The notes under the pieces were generated by a model. That model was not told the DNA's origin and did not search any database. It worked only from the letters and a program-made list of their open reading frames with translations. This document shows, one piece after another, positions 27,001 through 39,756 of a stretch of 64,000 nucleotides of DNA. The DNA is taken from positions 23,746,001 to 23,810,000 of the forward strand of contig CM022679.1 in assembly GCA_012295275.1 (NCBI GenBank), read 5' to 3'. The DNA is from Chrysomallon squamiferum (lineage: Eukaryota > Animalia > Mollusca). Made by a program: the position numbers and the translations under genes. Position 1 is the stretch's first letter, and every line of letters starts with the position of its first letter.

Positions 27001-30000
27001 AACGGTTAGGTATTTCCTGAAACACTAGGTATAGCTGGTTATACTAGAAAATGTTGCAACACAATCTCAGTGGTCATTTGTGAAGAATAATACTGTCAAT
27101 TTACATGGCTTATTTATTCATAAATGCCACACAAAAATATAAACCAATTAAATATCTTTAGCAAAAGGCTAGATGTAAAATGTGAATTTACATTAATTAT
27201 TTGAAAATGAAAACAAATAAGATAAAAAATATTACAAATGTAGACAAATGTACAAAAAATGCTCATTTTATTCAAGTTAGGAAAATATTATACATACACT
27301 GCTTTTTTCTTATTTTCCCAGATCTTTGACTAAATTGCTGATTGTTGCCATTGAGGTTTCTGGATTGACTGATGCAAGTTCAGATTTGGATAGATTGAAA
27401 CTTATGCTAAAAAATGTGGATTTTTGGATAAAATTAATGAATGTGCACGGAATACATTCTTATCAAGTAAAGAAACACACAGGTTTTGTCACAGCGCAGA
27501 AATGTCTTGTTTCTATTTCAGAGCAGTTAATCTCCCAGAGGCTGAAATGCAATGAAGTAGAACAATTGAAAGCATTTGAAAATGAAAATGGCAAATGTAT
27601 TGTTCACCTATTGAATGTATGTCCAGCCTACCAGGGAAAAGATATCGATAAAGCATGGAATCTGGTAACAGAAAAAATAGTGAACTTTAGAAAACTTCTT
27701 GATGTTTCTTTTGCAATTTTGCAGAAACTAAAGAGAGGTATTGAAAAAGATTTTCTTCCAAATATTCCACGTTTCAATAACGCAGTGGTATATTTTGAAA
27801 AGAAAAAAGAACATTTTGTAAATGGTGGTGTCTGCTTGTATGAACTAGATGATGGTTCTTTTGTTTCACCTTTAATATATACACTTTTCAGTCTGCAAAT
27901 GAGTCAAATGTTAGATTCTGAAGTCTTTTTGACTCTCAGTGGACACATTGTTGAAACAGTAATAAACAATCCTATTGAGGATTTGGAATCAGAATGCATA
28001 GAAGAATCTATTTCCCAAATGTTTGGTGAAGAAGATCCTGAGATAATAAAGTTACCAGCTGTAGTTCTTTCCATTCTGAAAAAGTTGGAAGATGAAGGTA
28101 TTGATAAGTATAAAGCTGCATGGAATCCTGTGTTCATGGAAGAAGCTGAAGATATTTCTGAAATTAAAATCATTGTTGAAGTATCTGATCTGGAATCTGA
28201 GATTCATTTGCTGAAAAAATCGTAAAGAAAAGTTTCCATATTGGATTTTTGATTCACTTTTGATGATTAGAGAGTACAAGAGATATGAAGAGAAAGTTCA
28301 TGCAGTCAAACAAAGTTTTGGGAATTGTTGGAATTAAAGATGAATTGGATGATGGCTTTTCTCAAGCAGTGAAATCATTTTATGCTCTGAAAAACAGTAA
28401 TCCTGAAGGAATTACATTGAAACAACTGCATGCAGCAAAATGTCAGTTTTCTCTGATTGATGAAATCATTGATGATGACTTTTTGGATATTTTGAAACAA
28501 CTGAGTAAAGCATCATCTTTGGTTGAGTTTCTTTTTGAAACTGCAGAAGATGATTTACGCCAGTTAATAGATTCAGTGGAAGAACATTCAGAACAATTTA
28601 TACAAGAGTCCACAATTTCTGCACTCATAGATGTCAAAAGATTTTTGAATTCTATTTTGAAGAACAAGATGCAGTTCGATAAAATAGAAGTATTTTTAAA
28701 GACTTTGGAAAAGGCTGCTTCTGCAAATGACAAGACAACTCTAGCAGGCAAAATAAATATTCATGGGTTGAAATCACTTTACAAATCTGTATCCAATCGA
28801 GGTGAACTGACCAAAGACATTGTAACCAAAGCAGTCAAATCAGGATCAAAATTTATTATTTCACTGAAAGAAAATGGTTGCTGTGAATTTTCTTTACAAT
28901 GCAAATCTCATGGTCAGAAAGAGGTGTACTCCCAGTCTGATCTTGATGATTTGCGAAGTCGAGCACTTTTACTTGTCAACACAGAAACTAAAAGAAAACA
29001 AGGAGGAAAACACAAAGCAAAACTTCAGGCAGACTTGAAATTGTTTATAGATGCCTTGGACAGTGTCATCTGCATAGCAGGATGCTTTGTAAAACTTGCT
29101 CAGGCTGGTCATCCTGATTATGTCTCCAAAAGCAAAAGCATTCACATTACAATAGAAGATTTGAAAGACAAAATAAAATGTCTTGAACAACATTTTGAGG
29201 AGTGGATGGAGATACTGAATGAAAATCGTGAACATTATTTTTGGTTGAACTGGTTTTTTCCTGAGCAACTTTTAAAAATTAGAGACTATTTGGAAAATGG
29301 TACCAATGACACCTACATTGCAACACTTTTTGAATATGGAGGCTTTAATGTAGAATTTCTTAGCAAAGGAAGAGACATCTTTAATGAAATAACTGACAAT
29401 GAAAACAGTCATTCATTTTCACTGCCTTTGGTTGGACAAACACTTGATATTGCATTAAAAAATACATTGTTTCAGCCAAAGCATTTTCCTAAAGAAAAGA
29501 ATGACTCAAAAACTACACATATGATACAGAAAGGTCAACTTTTTGTTGCTGCCATAGATGAAAACAGCAAGCTGGTTATTCCAACTATTTTGGCAATATA
29601 TAAAAACACAACAGGATTCCTTCCCATGCCACATCAAATTCTGTTTTGTAATTCAGATACAAAATGGGAATGTATTTTTCTTCTTTTACAAAGATGCATC
29701 CGATCAGATGGTCCTGTCTTTGGAAAACAGCTGTATTGCATTGTTGGTGTTGAAAAACTATCAAATGAAGTACAGTTTAAGCTTGTTGATGAATTAGATG
29801 AAATGCTGCAAAAACCATTTCCATATCTAGCTATAATCTGTCAAGGTGGCACACATCACCCATTTATTGATCACTTTGATACATATGTGCATCATATTCA
29901 ACCAATGACAAATAATGCCATTGAAAAATGTTTCAGAACGTTATGGCCTATGGTTGTAACAATTACATCAGATGTTTCAGGTCAAGGTAAAACAGAACTT

Positions 30001-33000
30001 GTTTATGATATGGCAGCTGAGCATGACAAGGGGATACGTACTATTCATATTAGTGGAGATATCAATATTAAATCTTTGAAAGAAAGAATGTCTCAACTAA
30101 ATCTGTTACCTCATCATGTTCTCCATATTGATATAGGGACGGTTTCAAAACCTAATGAATTGGATCTGCTTTTGTTTCAGCTAATAATTTTGGGATTTCT
30201 TGTTGATGGACCATCCCTTTTTCAGTTACCAACTCAATACATATCAATTGAGGTAGCTAATTCAATTAACAATGTCCTTCGAAATTCATTGCAAACAGTT
30301 ATGTTTTTCAACCGTAAAATTACGCAATCTTCCTGAATGCTGGCTATGCTTTTCGCTACAAGGTGACAAATTGAAAATAACAATGTAAAATCAGCATTGA
30401 TTTTCAGCATCAAATCTTCTGGCTATGCACAAAGAAAATAACAATGTAAAATCAGCATTGATGCGTGCACTTATTGACTTTTCAACAGAATTTTCTACAA
30501 GATCTGTTCAAGCCTACAGAGAAGAACAAACTGCTAATGTTTCACAGATATTGGATGCAAGTATGTGCAGTGAATCTTCATTTTCAGTTTCTACATCAGC
30601 AGTATCAATGACCAAAAGAGTTGAAAATATGATTCAATGGAGAGAAAGTAATCATCTTATCGTGGCATTTCATAATTCAGATATACAGACATTATCTGCT
30701 CTTTACAGAGAGAGATTTCTTGTGCCAAAACACATCAAAGATCTTTTTGAAACACAAGTCAAGAAAAAATTGCCTGATTTTCAAAGTCTTGATCAAAAAC
30801 AGCTACAAGAAATACTCCAGAGAATTGCTCGATCTGCAGCTGGGGATATTCCAAAAGAAACTCTACTTAAACTTTGACATGATTATGCCCTAACACCAGA
30901 CAATCTTTTGAAAATGATTCTTATCATTCTCAGAATAAAAGCTCATGTTCCTGTTATTATCATGGGTGAAACTGGTTGTGGAAAAACTAGTTTGATTCGC
31001 TATCTTGCAGTAATCTGTGATGTGAAGCTGGAAGTGCAAAACATACATGCAGGTACAGATGAATCAACTATTACCAAAAGGGTTATGGATGCAAATGAAA
31101 AAGCTAAAGCAAACTTACATGAGCCAGTATGGGTGTTCCTTGATGAGATAAATACTTGTAATCATTTAGGATTGATCAACAACATAGTTTGCCATCATAT
31201 TTGTCAAGATACGGCACTGGCACCAAATCTTGTACTTATGGCTGCATGCAATCCATATAAACTGCGAAATGAAGCTTCTGTTCTGACTGCTGGTTTAACA
31301 ACAAAAATAAAAACTGATGAACAGTCTAAGCTCGTATACAGAGTAAACCCACTTCCAGAAACAATGGTTGATTTTGTTTGGGACTATGGAAGCTTGTCTG
31401 ATGAAGATGAAAAGGTCTATATCCAGAGAATGGTAGATGGTATTGTGCAAGACCATTTAGTTAAGTTGTTGGTGGAACTGCTTGTAATGTCACAAAATTT
31501 CACGAAAAAAACAATGCAGAATGAATCCTGTGTTAGTCTTCGAGATGTTAGTCGATGCAAGAGGCTAATTGTTTGGTTCAAATCTACACTGAAAACTAAA
31601 TATCCAAGAACTTACCAATAACCAGTGTGAAATAAAATCAGTAATTTTATCCCTAGCTCATTCTTACCATTCTCGTTTGGCTAAAAATACAGAAAGATGT
31701 CAATACAGAAAGGATATGTTGAACCTATTCATGAGTCATAAAATAACAGGATTTACCTCAGAAAAGGACATTCTTGATGCCATCCTCTTAGAGCAAAAGG
31801 ACATATTGAACAGAATGGAACTTCCAGAAGGAACAGCAAGAAATATTGCATTACAAGAGAATGTTTTTGTCATATTGGTATGTATTTTGAATCATATTCC
31901 AATATTTGTTATTGGCAAACCAGGTTGTAGCAAATCACTGTCACTGCAGTTGATCAAAAATAATTTGAGAGGTAAAGATTCACATGATGAATATTTCAAA
32001 ACTCTTCCTCAGCTCTACTGTATATCATATCAGGGTTCAGAGTCATCAACATCAGATGGTCTTGTTAAGGTCTTTGATAAAGCCAAACGATACAGAAAGC
32101 ACAATAAAGAAGATGATGTCCTGCCAGTTGTCGTTCTTGATGAAATTGGTCTTGCAGAGGTTTCAAGGTTCAATCCTCTTAAAGTTTTGCACAGTTTACT
32201 TGAGCCAGGTGATAAAGAAGTACCAGATATTGCTGTTGTTGGTATTTCTAACTGGGCTCTTGATGCAGCAAAAATGAATCGAGCTATTCATCTGTCTAGG
32301 CCAGACATGGATGTTGATGAGCTTTACTTAACTGGAGTGTCAATCAGTGAGGCATCCATAAAAGCAGAGCATAAAATTTCGACTTCATTATTTAGTCCAG
32401 AAAAAGTACTTCAAGATAATTTTCAAAATATAGACCATAATCTTTTAAAAGCCATTGCAGAATCATACAAGTCTTATATATATAAACAAAGCTATCAAAA
32501 CTTTCATGGATTGCGTGATTATTATTCTTTGGTTAAGTTTGTTTCAAAGGAGTTGAGCCAGCTATCAGAAATAGACGGATATCCAGAAAGAAAAAATGAA
32601 ATCATTTTGAAAGGTCTGTTGCGCAATTTTGGTGGTCTACCTACAGAGCTGAGTTCCATTGTCAGGACTTTTAACGAACATTTTTTAAGTGCAAACATAA
32701 ACTTTAATGACTCTTTCTCAGAAAACCAGGCTTTGAATGTAATCTCATTGATCAAAGAAAACATTTGTGATCCAGGTGCAAGACATTTGTTGCTTACTGT
32801 CTGTGGTGATTCAGTTCTGAGTATAATTGAATCAATGCTGCAGAATATGAACAGAGAATATGAACTGATCATGGGCAGTCAATTTGAAGAAGATCTTACT
32901 GACGATTACAATTATAGAATTCTTAGCAGAATAATACTGTGTATGGAACAAGGTGTTGTTCTGATTTTGAAAGATCTCGACAGCATATATGGAAGCCTGT

Positions 33001-36000
33001 ATGACATGCTGAATCAAAATTACACTACTGTTGGAAAAAGAAAGAATTGCAGAATAGCACATGGTGCCTGCAGTAACCCACTGTGTCATGTTCATGATCA
33101 ATTCCGATGCATAGTTCTGGTAGAGGAAGGTAAACTGGATATGTCTGACCCACCATTTCTGAATCGATTTGAAAAACAGAATGTTAGACTTTCAGATATT
33201 CTGACTTGTGAAGAGAAACAGTTAGTCATGGAAATAGATTCTTGGCTCGAAAAGGCTACTCAAGTGGAAGATTTTCCTTTTACCAAAGTTGACTTTATAC
33301 CTATTTTCAGCCCTGACATGATATCTAGCTTGGTGCATTTTACAATGACTGTTAGTTTGGAAGGAAAGGCAGTCAGTCAGAAAGATTTATCTCTTGAGTG
33401 TAATGAAAATTCACTTAATAAATGTAAAGATACGTTGTTGCAGATGTGTTCTCCTGAAGGCATTATAAGGTTACAAAAAACCTTTCTTGGCAAAGAAAAT
33501 GAATGGGCCTGTCAAAAACTGACAGATAAATATTTTGCACTACCCTTACATGAGGGGCTAAGCTACTGTGTAAAAGACATGATTCAGAATAATTCTCATG
33601 TCAACCACAAATTGATTGTATTTACTCACAGTAATCTACACACAGATCTAGGCAGCTGCATGAAACCTCTTTCATCCAAATACCAGATTGAGAAACTTAG
33701 TTCTTTTAAATCAGAAAAACAGCTTTCAAACAGAATTGGTCACTTCTGGTTGGACTCTGATGATGAATGGTTAATTATTCAGTGTTCACATGTAGATATG
33801 GTAAATTTCTTATTGATGAAATCAATAGTTGAAAAATTCAGAAATGAATTTGAGAACACAAACAGTGAATGCAAGAAAAATGTCATTATAGTCTTACATT
33901 TAGAAAGAGAACTTGGAGATATGAATCTGGGCTTAATCAGTTTCCTATGTGGCTGGAAACTTTGTTTTGTAGACAAGCTTGAGCATTCACCAAGACCATT
34001 AACCAGTTTACTTGACAAGACCATGGAAAATTTGCTTGATGAACAAAGGCCATTGACATCATTCATATCTGAAAATCTTTTTTGGGCATTCACTTGTATT
34101 GGATACTCAAATGGTCAGCGAACAATGGACAGTTTGGTAAAAATAATTAATAAAATAAAATCTGAAGAAATTTTGTTTGCCTTTGAAAAACTGATGATGG
34201 GTTTTGTCCAAGAAAAACAGCAATCAGTTTTGATGAAACAAAATTGGCAACTAGATGTTGCATGCAGTGCTCTAAAATTGTTTAATGCTTGTACTTTTCA
34301 AAGTGCTCTTGAACAAGAAATTCACAGTTGCTTAAAACCATCGTTAGCTGCCCTTGTTTACCAAATTGAATTCTACAATGCATGGGATGTTTTGACTGTT
34401 GCAGCTGAAAAACATGATAGGCTGCAAGTATGGAACATATTTGCATTTGACAGACATGTTGTTAACATTGCTGATGTCCCAGCTCCTGCTGGACCTCAGT
34501 GTTATCTTTGTCCATTACTGATAGATTCATTACAGTATCCATTTATCTGTCACTTTTTTGAAAAAATTGCAAATTTAAAAAATTTGTTCTTGGAGAAGCT
34601 AAGATCATACAAAGCAGAATTAAAATTACTATATGATGATGATGAAGAAGATGAAGACGATGACCATCTTGGCAATATTGATTTTGATGATGAAGACCAA
34701 ATTGCAAAAGTCAAAACTGAAATGTGCAACAGATTCAAAGGAATTATCAGTGTAACTGCAAATGAACTTTTTCAGAATGAGTATACAACTTCACAGGAAG
34801 ATTATTTCTCAGATTTTTGCAGGTACATTGGTGCATCAAGGAAAATGCATATATCAGATGACAACAAACATCAAATAATAATGATGACAATGAAGCCTCT
34901 CCTCTCATCAGAAAATGGATTTCTTGAAACTGTTACAGAGATACAGGTTACATTCTGGTTATATGAATCCTATGTTATTTCTTCACTGAATTTAGTGGAT
35001 GCATGCCTTTGTGTTACAGACATTTCGTTTGAAAACATCATCAAAGAATGTTTTCCACCTAAAATTGCAGAAACTGATGTTGATGATTATCATGCCAATT
35101 CATTTCCTGACTATGTCAGTGACATCTCTGATTTTGAAGAAAAAGCAGAACTTGATTCTGATAACGTTTCAGTTGAACAGAAAATAGCTGCAGGTGAAAG
35201 TCATTCAAACAATGAACATGACATTGGTAATGGTGATGATGGTGGAAATTCTGTAAATAGCTGTGATGTAGAAGTCTCAGTTGGTAAAGAAAATGTTTCA
35301 GAAAACAGATTGGTGAATTATTGTTGCAAACAGATGATACCATCAAAACATATGGCTAACATTAAAGTTGATGAGTGGCACCAGGGTGTTAGTCTAGTTT
35401 TATCTCTTTCAAGTGAAGTATCTTTGGAGCCCAAATATCTGCAGTATCTCAGAGTCTGTAGTGACTTTGCATCATTGATTGTTATTCCATTAAATTTACC
35501 AAATCACTACCTTTTAGAACTTGGGGATACTATGATGGGAAAAGATCTGGTATCAAATGAATTTCTTAGTTATTTGTTCTCATTGCTCATTGATCTAAGA
35601 ACCAAAAAGCAAAATTCTGAAAAAGAACTCCAACATTTCCTATCATGTTATATAAGCTCTTGCCTTTCTGCTGATCCAGATTCTCAGATTTTATTCTGGG
35701 CTTTCAGGGAATTGAAGGATAATATGCTCGATGAAACCTTCAGCTTTTTTGGTCCAACTGTTCATCAGGCTTTATTCATGGAAGTTAGAAATGGTTTAGA
35801 CATTTTGAAAGATGACCAATTAGAAGACAATGAATTTGTTCATTTTCTGAATGATTTATTAGCTGAATTTGATGAATCACAGAATGGATCTTCATGTTTT
35901 GGAGCTCTTATATCAGATATTTTAATTGATTTTTTCTTGAAAAGTGCAACTCTTTTTGAAGGAGATTTGGCAAATGACACTGCAGTTATTAAAGAAATGC

Positions 36001-39000
36001 TGAAATGTCACAACACTTTTCTGGATGAAGATGAACAAAATTTAAAATTTTTGGTTGCTATAGCATTTCTTAAGAATGTAATGTCAAGTTTTTCAAATGT
36101 TCTAATAAGAAATGACTTTATCCCAGAACACTTCTCATCTGAAATCCAGCAGATCCTTTCTATATTTCATTTGGATGAAACTGATGAATTTCAATCAACT
36201 AGAAATGAAAAGATTAAAACCATGCAAATGATGTTGTTACGTTTTCTTGTGAAAGGAGATGGATTAAAAGGGTTTGATGTTATTAAACAGTCAGTAACTA
36301 CAAAGATTGAATTCCTACAAGAAATAGAAGTTGATACAGAACAGAGGTTACTATCATATGAACAAAATCCCTGTGGATTACATGCTGAAGAAGAAAAGAA
36401 TGCATTTTTCTCTGTGAAAACTAAACCTGAATTGATGAATTCTTTGATAAAATCTGCAACTAAAAATGCCAAGCTGATGATGAGGATATATTCTTTTGTA
36501 ATTCAGCAGTTGTATTTAGTCCAAGCTTTTCGTCCCATTACTGACACAGAAAGATCTTTATCAGAGTCTTTTATAAACTGTGCTAAAGAAAGTTCTATGT
36601 TACCCATGCAGATTAATCTTCTTGAAAGACTATGTTTGAGAAAAGATTTTCTACATCCTCTTTTACAAATCAGTTCATTAACAGACAGCCAGAGTTTCAG
36701 CATGGTGTCTGTTCTAGTTCATCTGTTCAGTATTATTATTGCAAATGTACAAGAAGAAAAAACTAATTCTAAAAGATCATTATTCAGCAGTTGTCTGCTA
36801 AAACTAAATCAAGTTGATTCCAAACATCTTTTTGCATTCTATGATTCAGAAGGAAAAATGAATGGTGTTGTTTCACACATTGGTAACTGTGTAAAAATTT
36901 TCAACTGCTCTTGTGGATTTATAACAGCATCATGTGCCAGTGAGGAATTAGACAAATGTTTGGTTTGTAAGACAGACAGTACGAAAAATGAAATACATTT
37001 TACTGCAGGGCAACGGTATTCAAACTTAGAAAATGATTTTAAGAATCATCTAATATCAGTGAGAAAACTTTCACCTCTTTCTTTCCAGATTTTAAATTTT
37101 CTACTGTATGGATGTGTCATTGGTTCATTTGCACTGGAAATCACTCCTCCAAAAGATCTGACTGATCTGTTAAAATTATCTGACAGTGCTGACATTGTTA
37201 GTCATCTAAATGAACATTTAGAAATACATTGGGAAGCTCTAAAGACACTAACATCATTTGGAAATGCTCAACTCTGCAAATTCTTGCATTTCATACTAGA
37301 AGACCAGCAAGAGTTATTTTTGAACGGTTTGTCACAATTTTGGAATGACAAAGAAAGAGAAGAATTTGAAAATACATTTGATCAATATGTAGTAAGTCTA
37401 GCCACAAGCAGGTTTGAAATAATCCAGAGAAAGATCATCTTCCATTCCAAAACAGTTAATGGTAATTTTGTTGTTAAATTTGAGAAAGCACTGGAGGACA
37501 TTTGTGATGATAAAAATTCAAAAATTCTTGCAAGGCTGTTTAGAACAACAGTTCCTCCAAGTTTCAACCATATGCAGGCAGAATTTTTAAATAGCAAGAT
37601 GAGATTGATGTACCCATTCCTAGCATTAGTCTTTGAAAAGAAGCTTCAGCTTGATTTACTCTCTCATTTACTGTCATGTGTTCAGTGGCACTTATGCACA
37701 GTAAAATATATCAGTCATAGAATAAAACGGGCTAACAGTGTTAAAACAACATTAGCAACATTTATTTATAATTCTATGATAGATGAAGATGAAGATAACA
37801 AAAAGGTACTGAAAAAAGCTTATGAAGATTTTACAAAATCCTGGAACCGATTAAGAGAATACCTCCCAATTCTTCAAAAATACAATCCTGACATTGTCCA
37901 AATGGAAAGGATAAACAAAGAAAGCAGTCTTTCTGAAACACTTGTAATGGATGACACATCACCAATGTATTTGGTGATGAAAGCTCTTCAAAACATGCAT
38001 AATGAGTTTCTTGAAGAAGCTGTTGTAATCACATTAAGCACTAGATGCTATTCCACTAATTTTCTGAAGAGAAGTAAGACTTGTTCAGTTCTTGCAAGTG
38101 TCAACCTGGAGGACATAAGTGAAAAGGAAATGATTTCTAATCCTTTTGATGAAGATTTGTTAAAGTTTTCTCAGTGTAATCCAAACCCTGGTTGTGGACT
38201 TCAAAGAGAATATGACTTCTATCAGATTGAAATGCAAGTTGCAGATAAATGTCTGATAAATAAGCCATACATAAAGATCCAGACAAACTTTCCTCAAGTG
38301 ATCTTTTCTGGTGAAATGCTTCGAATGTCAAAAACTTTATTTAATGAATTACGTAACACTGTTCATCAAAAACCTCTTGACAAGGAATTAGAAAAATTAG
38401 TTATTCACCTGAAGGAAACCAATCCCAGCAATTTGCAAGGGCTTTTGAATTATTTGGAGATGGCTTTCAGTTTACTAACAAGAAATCCTTTACAAAGACA
38501 TGATGTTGATCAGAATTTAACTGAACTGCTTCAGCAGTGGCAGTCACTGATATCAGTACAAATTCCTGCTGTCTCAGTATTTTGTTCCAAGGTGCCCCTG
38601 TGTTGCATTATTGCATTATATGAATTTGTTGAAGTTTTGATGGCAGATGTCATCATTGATTCATTAGAAGAAAAGTACACCAAGCCAATTCCAGAGGAAT
38701 GTGTTGATAATCTTGTTGCTGTCAAAAATTCTGCATCTATTCAGCTGATAGAAACATTTTTATATGCTCTGAAAAGATTTGCTTTCAGATACTTGTCTGC
38801 ATCCAGTATAGATCCCAGTGATAAGTTGTCACCTTATCTTATGGATGCAACCCTGTGGCCTACAGGTGTAGTTCAAAAGGTTTCTGCTGGTTCATCAAAA
38901 GCTGACACAGGAATACTCTCACCACTTTTAGCAGTAGAACATACTATGTCAACTATCTTGTTCTTTGAAGATGCCTTGAAGGTTAGTAAATACCATGGAT

Positions 39001-39427
39001 GACATTTAATGTTGATTTTTCATACAGTTTCTTTCATTTTTTTATTTTTTTTTAATCTTAATTTCAAGACAACTTGTCACCACATTTAATTTTGCTAGCC
39101 AGAGAAACTACCTTTAAAAACTGAATCTGTTTAAATTTAATTATTATAATTTGTATTTCTCATAATACATCTATATCTGTGAGTATTGTTTTGAGTAGAT
39201 TGTGCTTTTGGTGTGTATAATGTGTAAATGTTTTATTTTAACAAATATATATAAAGTGTGAAACTTCAGTTAATATAATTGAAATTAATATTATTATTTA
39301 TATTTTTTCATCATTACAGGAAAAGAAAAGAAAGATCGATAAAGCAAGTGGTAGGCTCTCACTGCACACTGAAAACCAAGGCAAAAACAAGAAACACAAA
39401 GCAGCAAGACTTTTCAGAAAAAAATAA
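21090..39427 (+). CDS. RNF213: RNF213/mysterin-like giant AAA+ ATPase / E3 ubiquitin ligase (~4,700 codons; several frame disruptions at 28.2-31.6 kb)
   Basis: Phase-consistent GT-AG exons 21090-21120, 21537-21930, 23459-23531, 23881-24036, 24587-26280, 27322-38981, 39320-39427. RNF213-family motifs: LDDLRSRALL, SDVSGQGKT (29968-29994), YALTPDNLLKM, GETGCGKT (30965-30988) with VFLDEIN, LVYRVNPLP, VSLRDV, GKPGCSKS (31914-31937) with VVVLDEIGLAE, ISNWALDAAKMNR, FHGLRDYYSLVK, LYDMLNQNY, PFLNRFEKQ. It is RNF213-like; orthology versus paralogy is unresolved. Confidence 0.93.
22790..23140 (-). mobile_element. Decayed LINE (RTE-like) 3' fragment in an intron
   Basis: Minus strand reads ...caatggacaggaacaaactggcagcggacagcagaagacaagaagatgtaga (W-x3-A-E-D-K), resembling the RTE ORF C-terminal W...A.DR..W motif. 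Broken by stops. Confidence 0.45.
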
Positions 39428-39756
39428 TTAATTAAAGGTAATTTAATTTCCTGTCAGCTAATCGATAAATTTTTCATCTAATAGGGTAGATCAATTACAA
39501 GTATTCATAAAGAAAAACATTAAGAAAATTATAATACACAACAGTAAACACAACCGTTATTATTTTTATTTGTTTTCTGTCATAGTTTTTAACTTATGCT
39601 ATTCTTCTTGTCAAATACATAATAAAATGTTTTCTATATTTAATAAATTAATTATATTTTATTTTCTATTTTCAGTGACCTTCTGAATGCCACTGTTGCA
39701 ACTTTTTGTATTATGTAGCTTTTGTTAATTTTGTTTATTCAACATATACAAACTCT

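Noticed and set aside
30875-30877. In-frame TGA as selenocysteine or programmed readthrough
   Set aside because: The position is not a Cys site in the family, no SECIS was identified, and CTT TGA CAT is easily explained by compensating indels of CTT GAC CAT among nearby lesions.
24632-39002. Treating the six large ORFs as separate genes
   Set aside because: They are colinear parts of one RNF213-like protein, joined by one intron and several small lesions.
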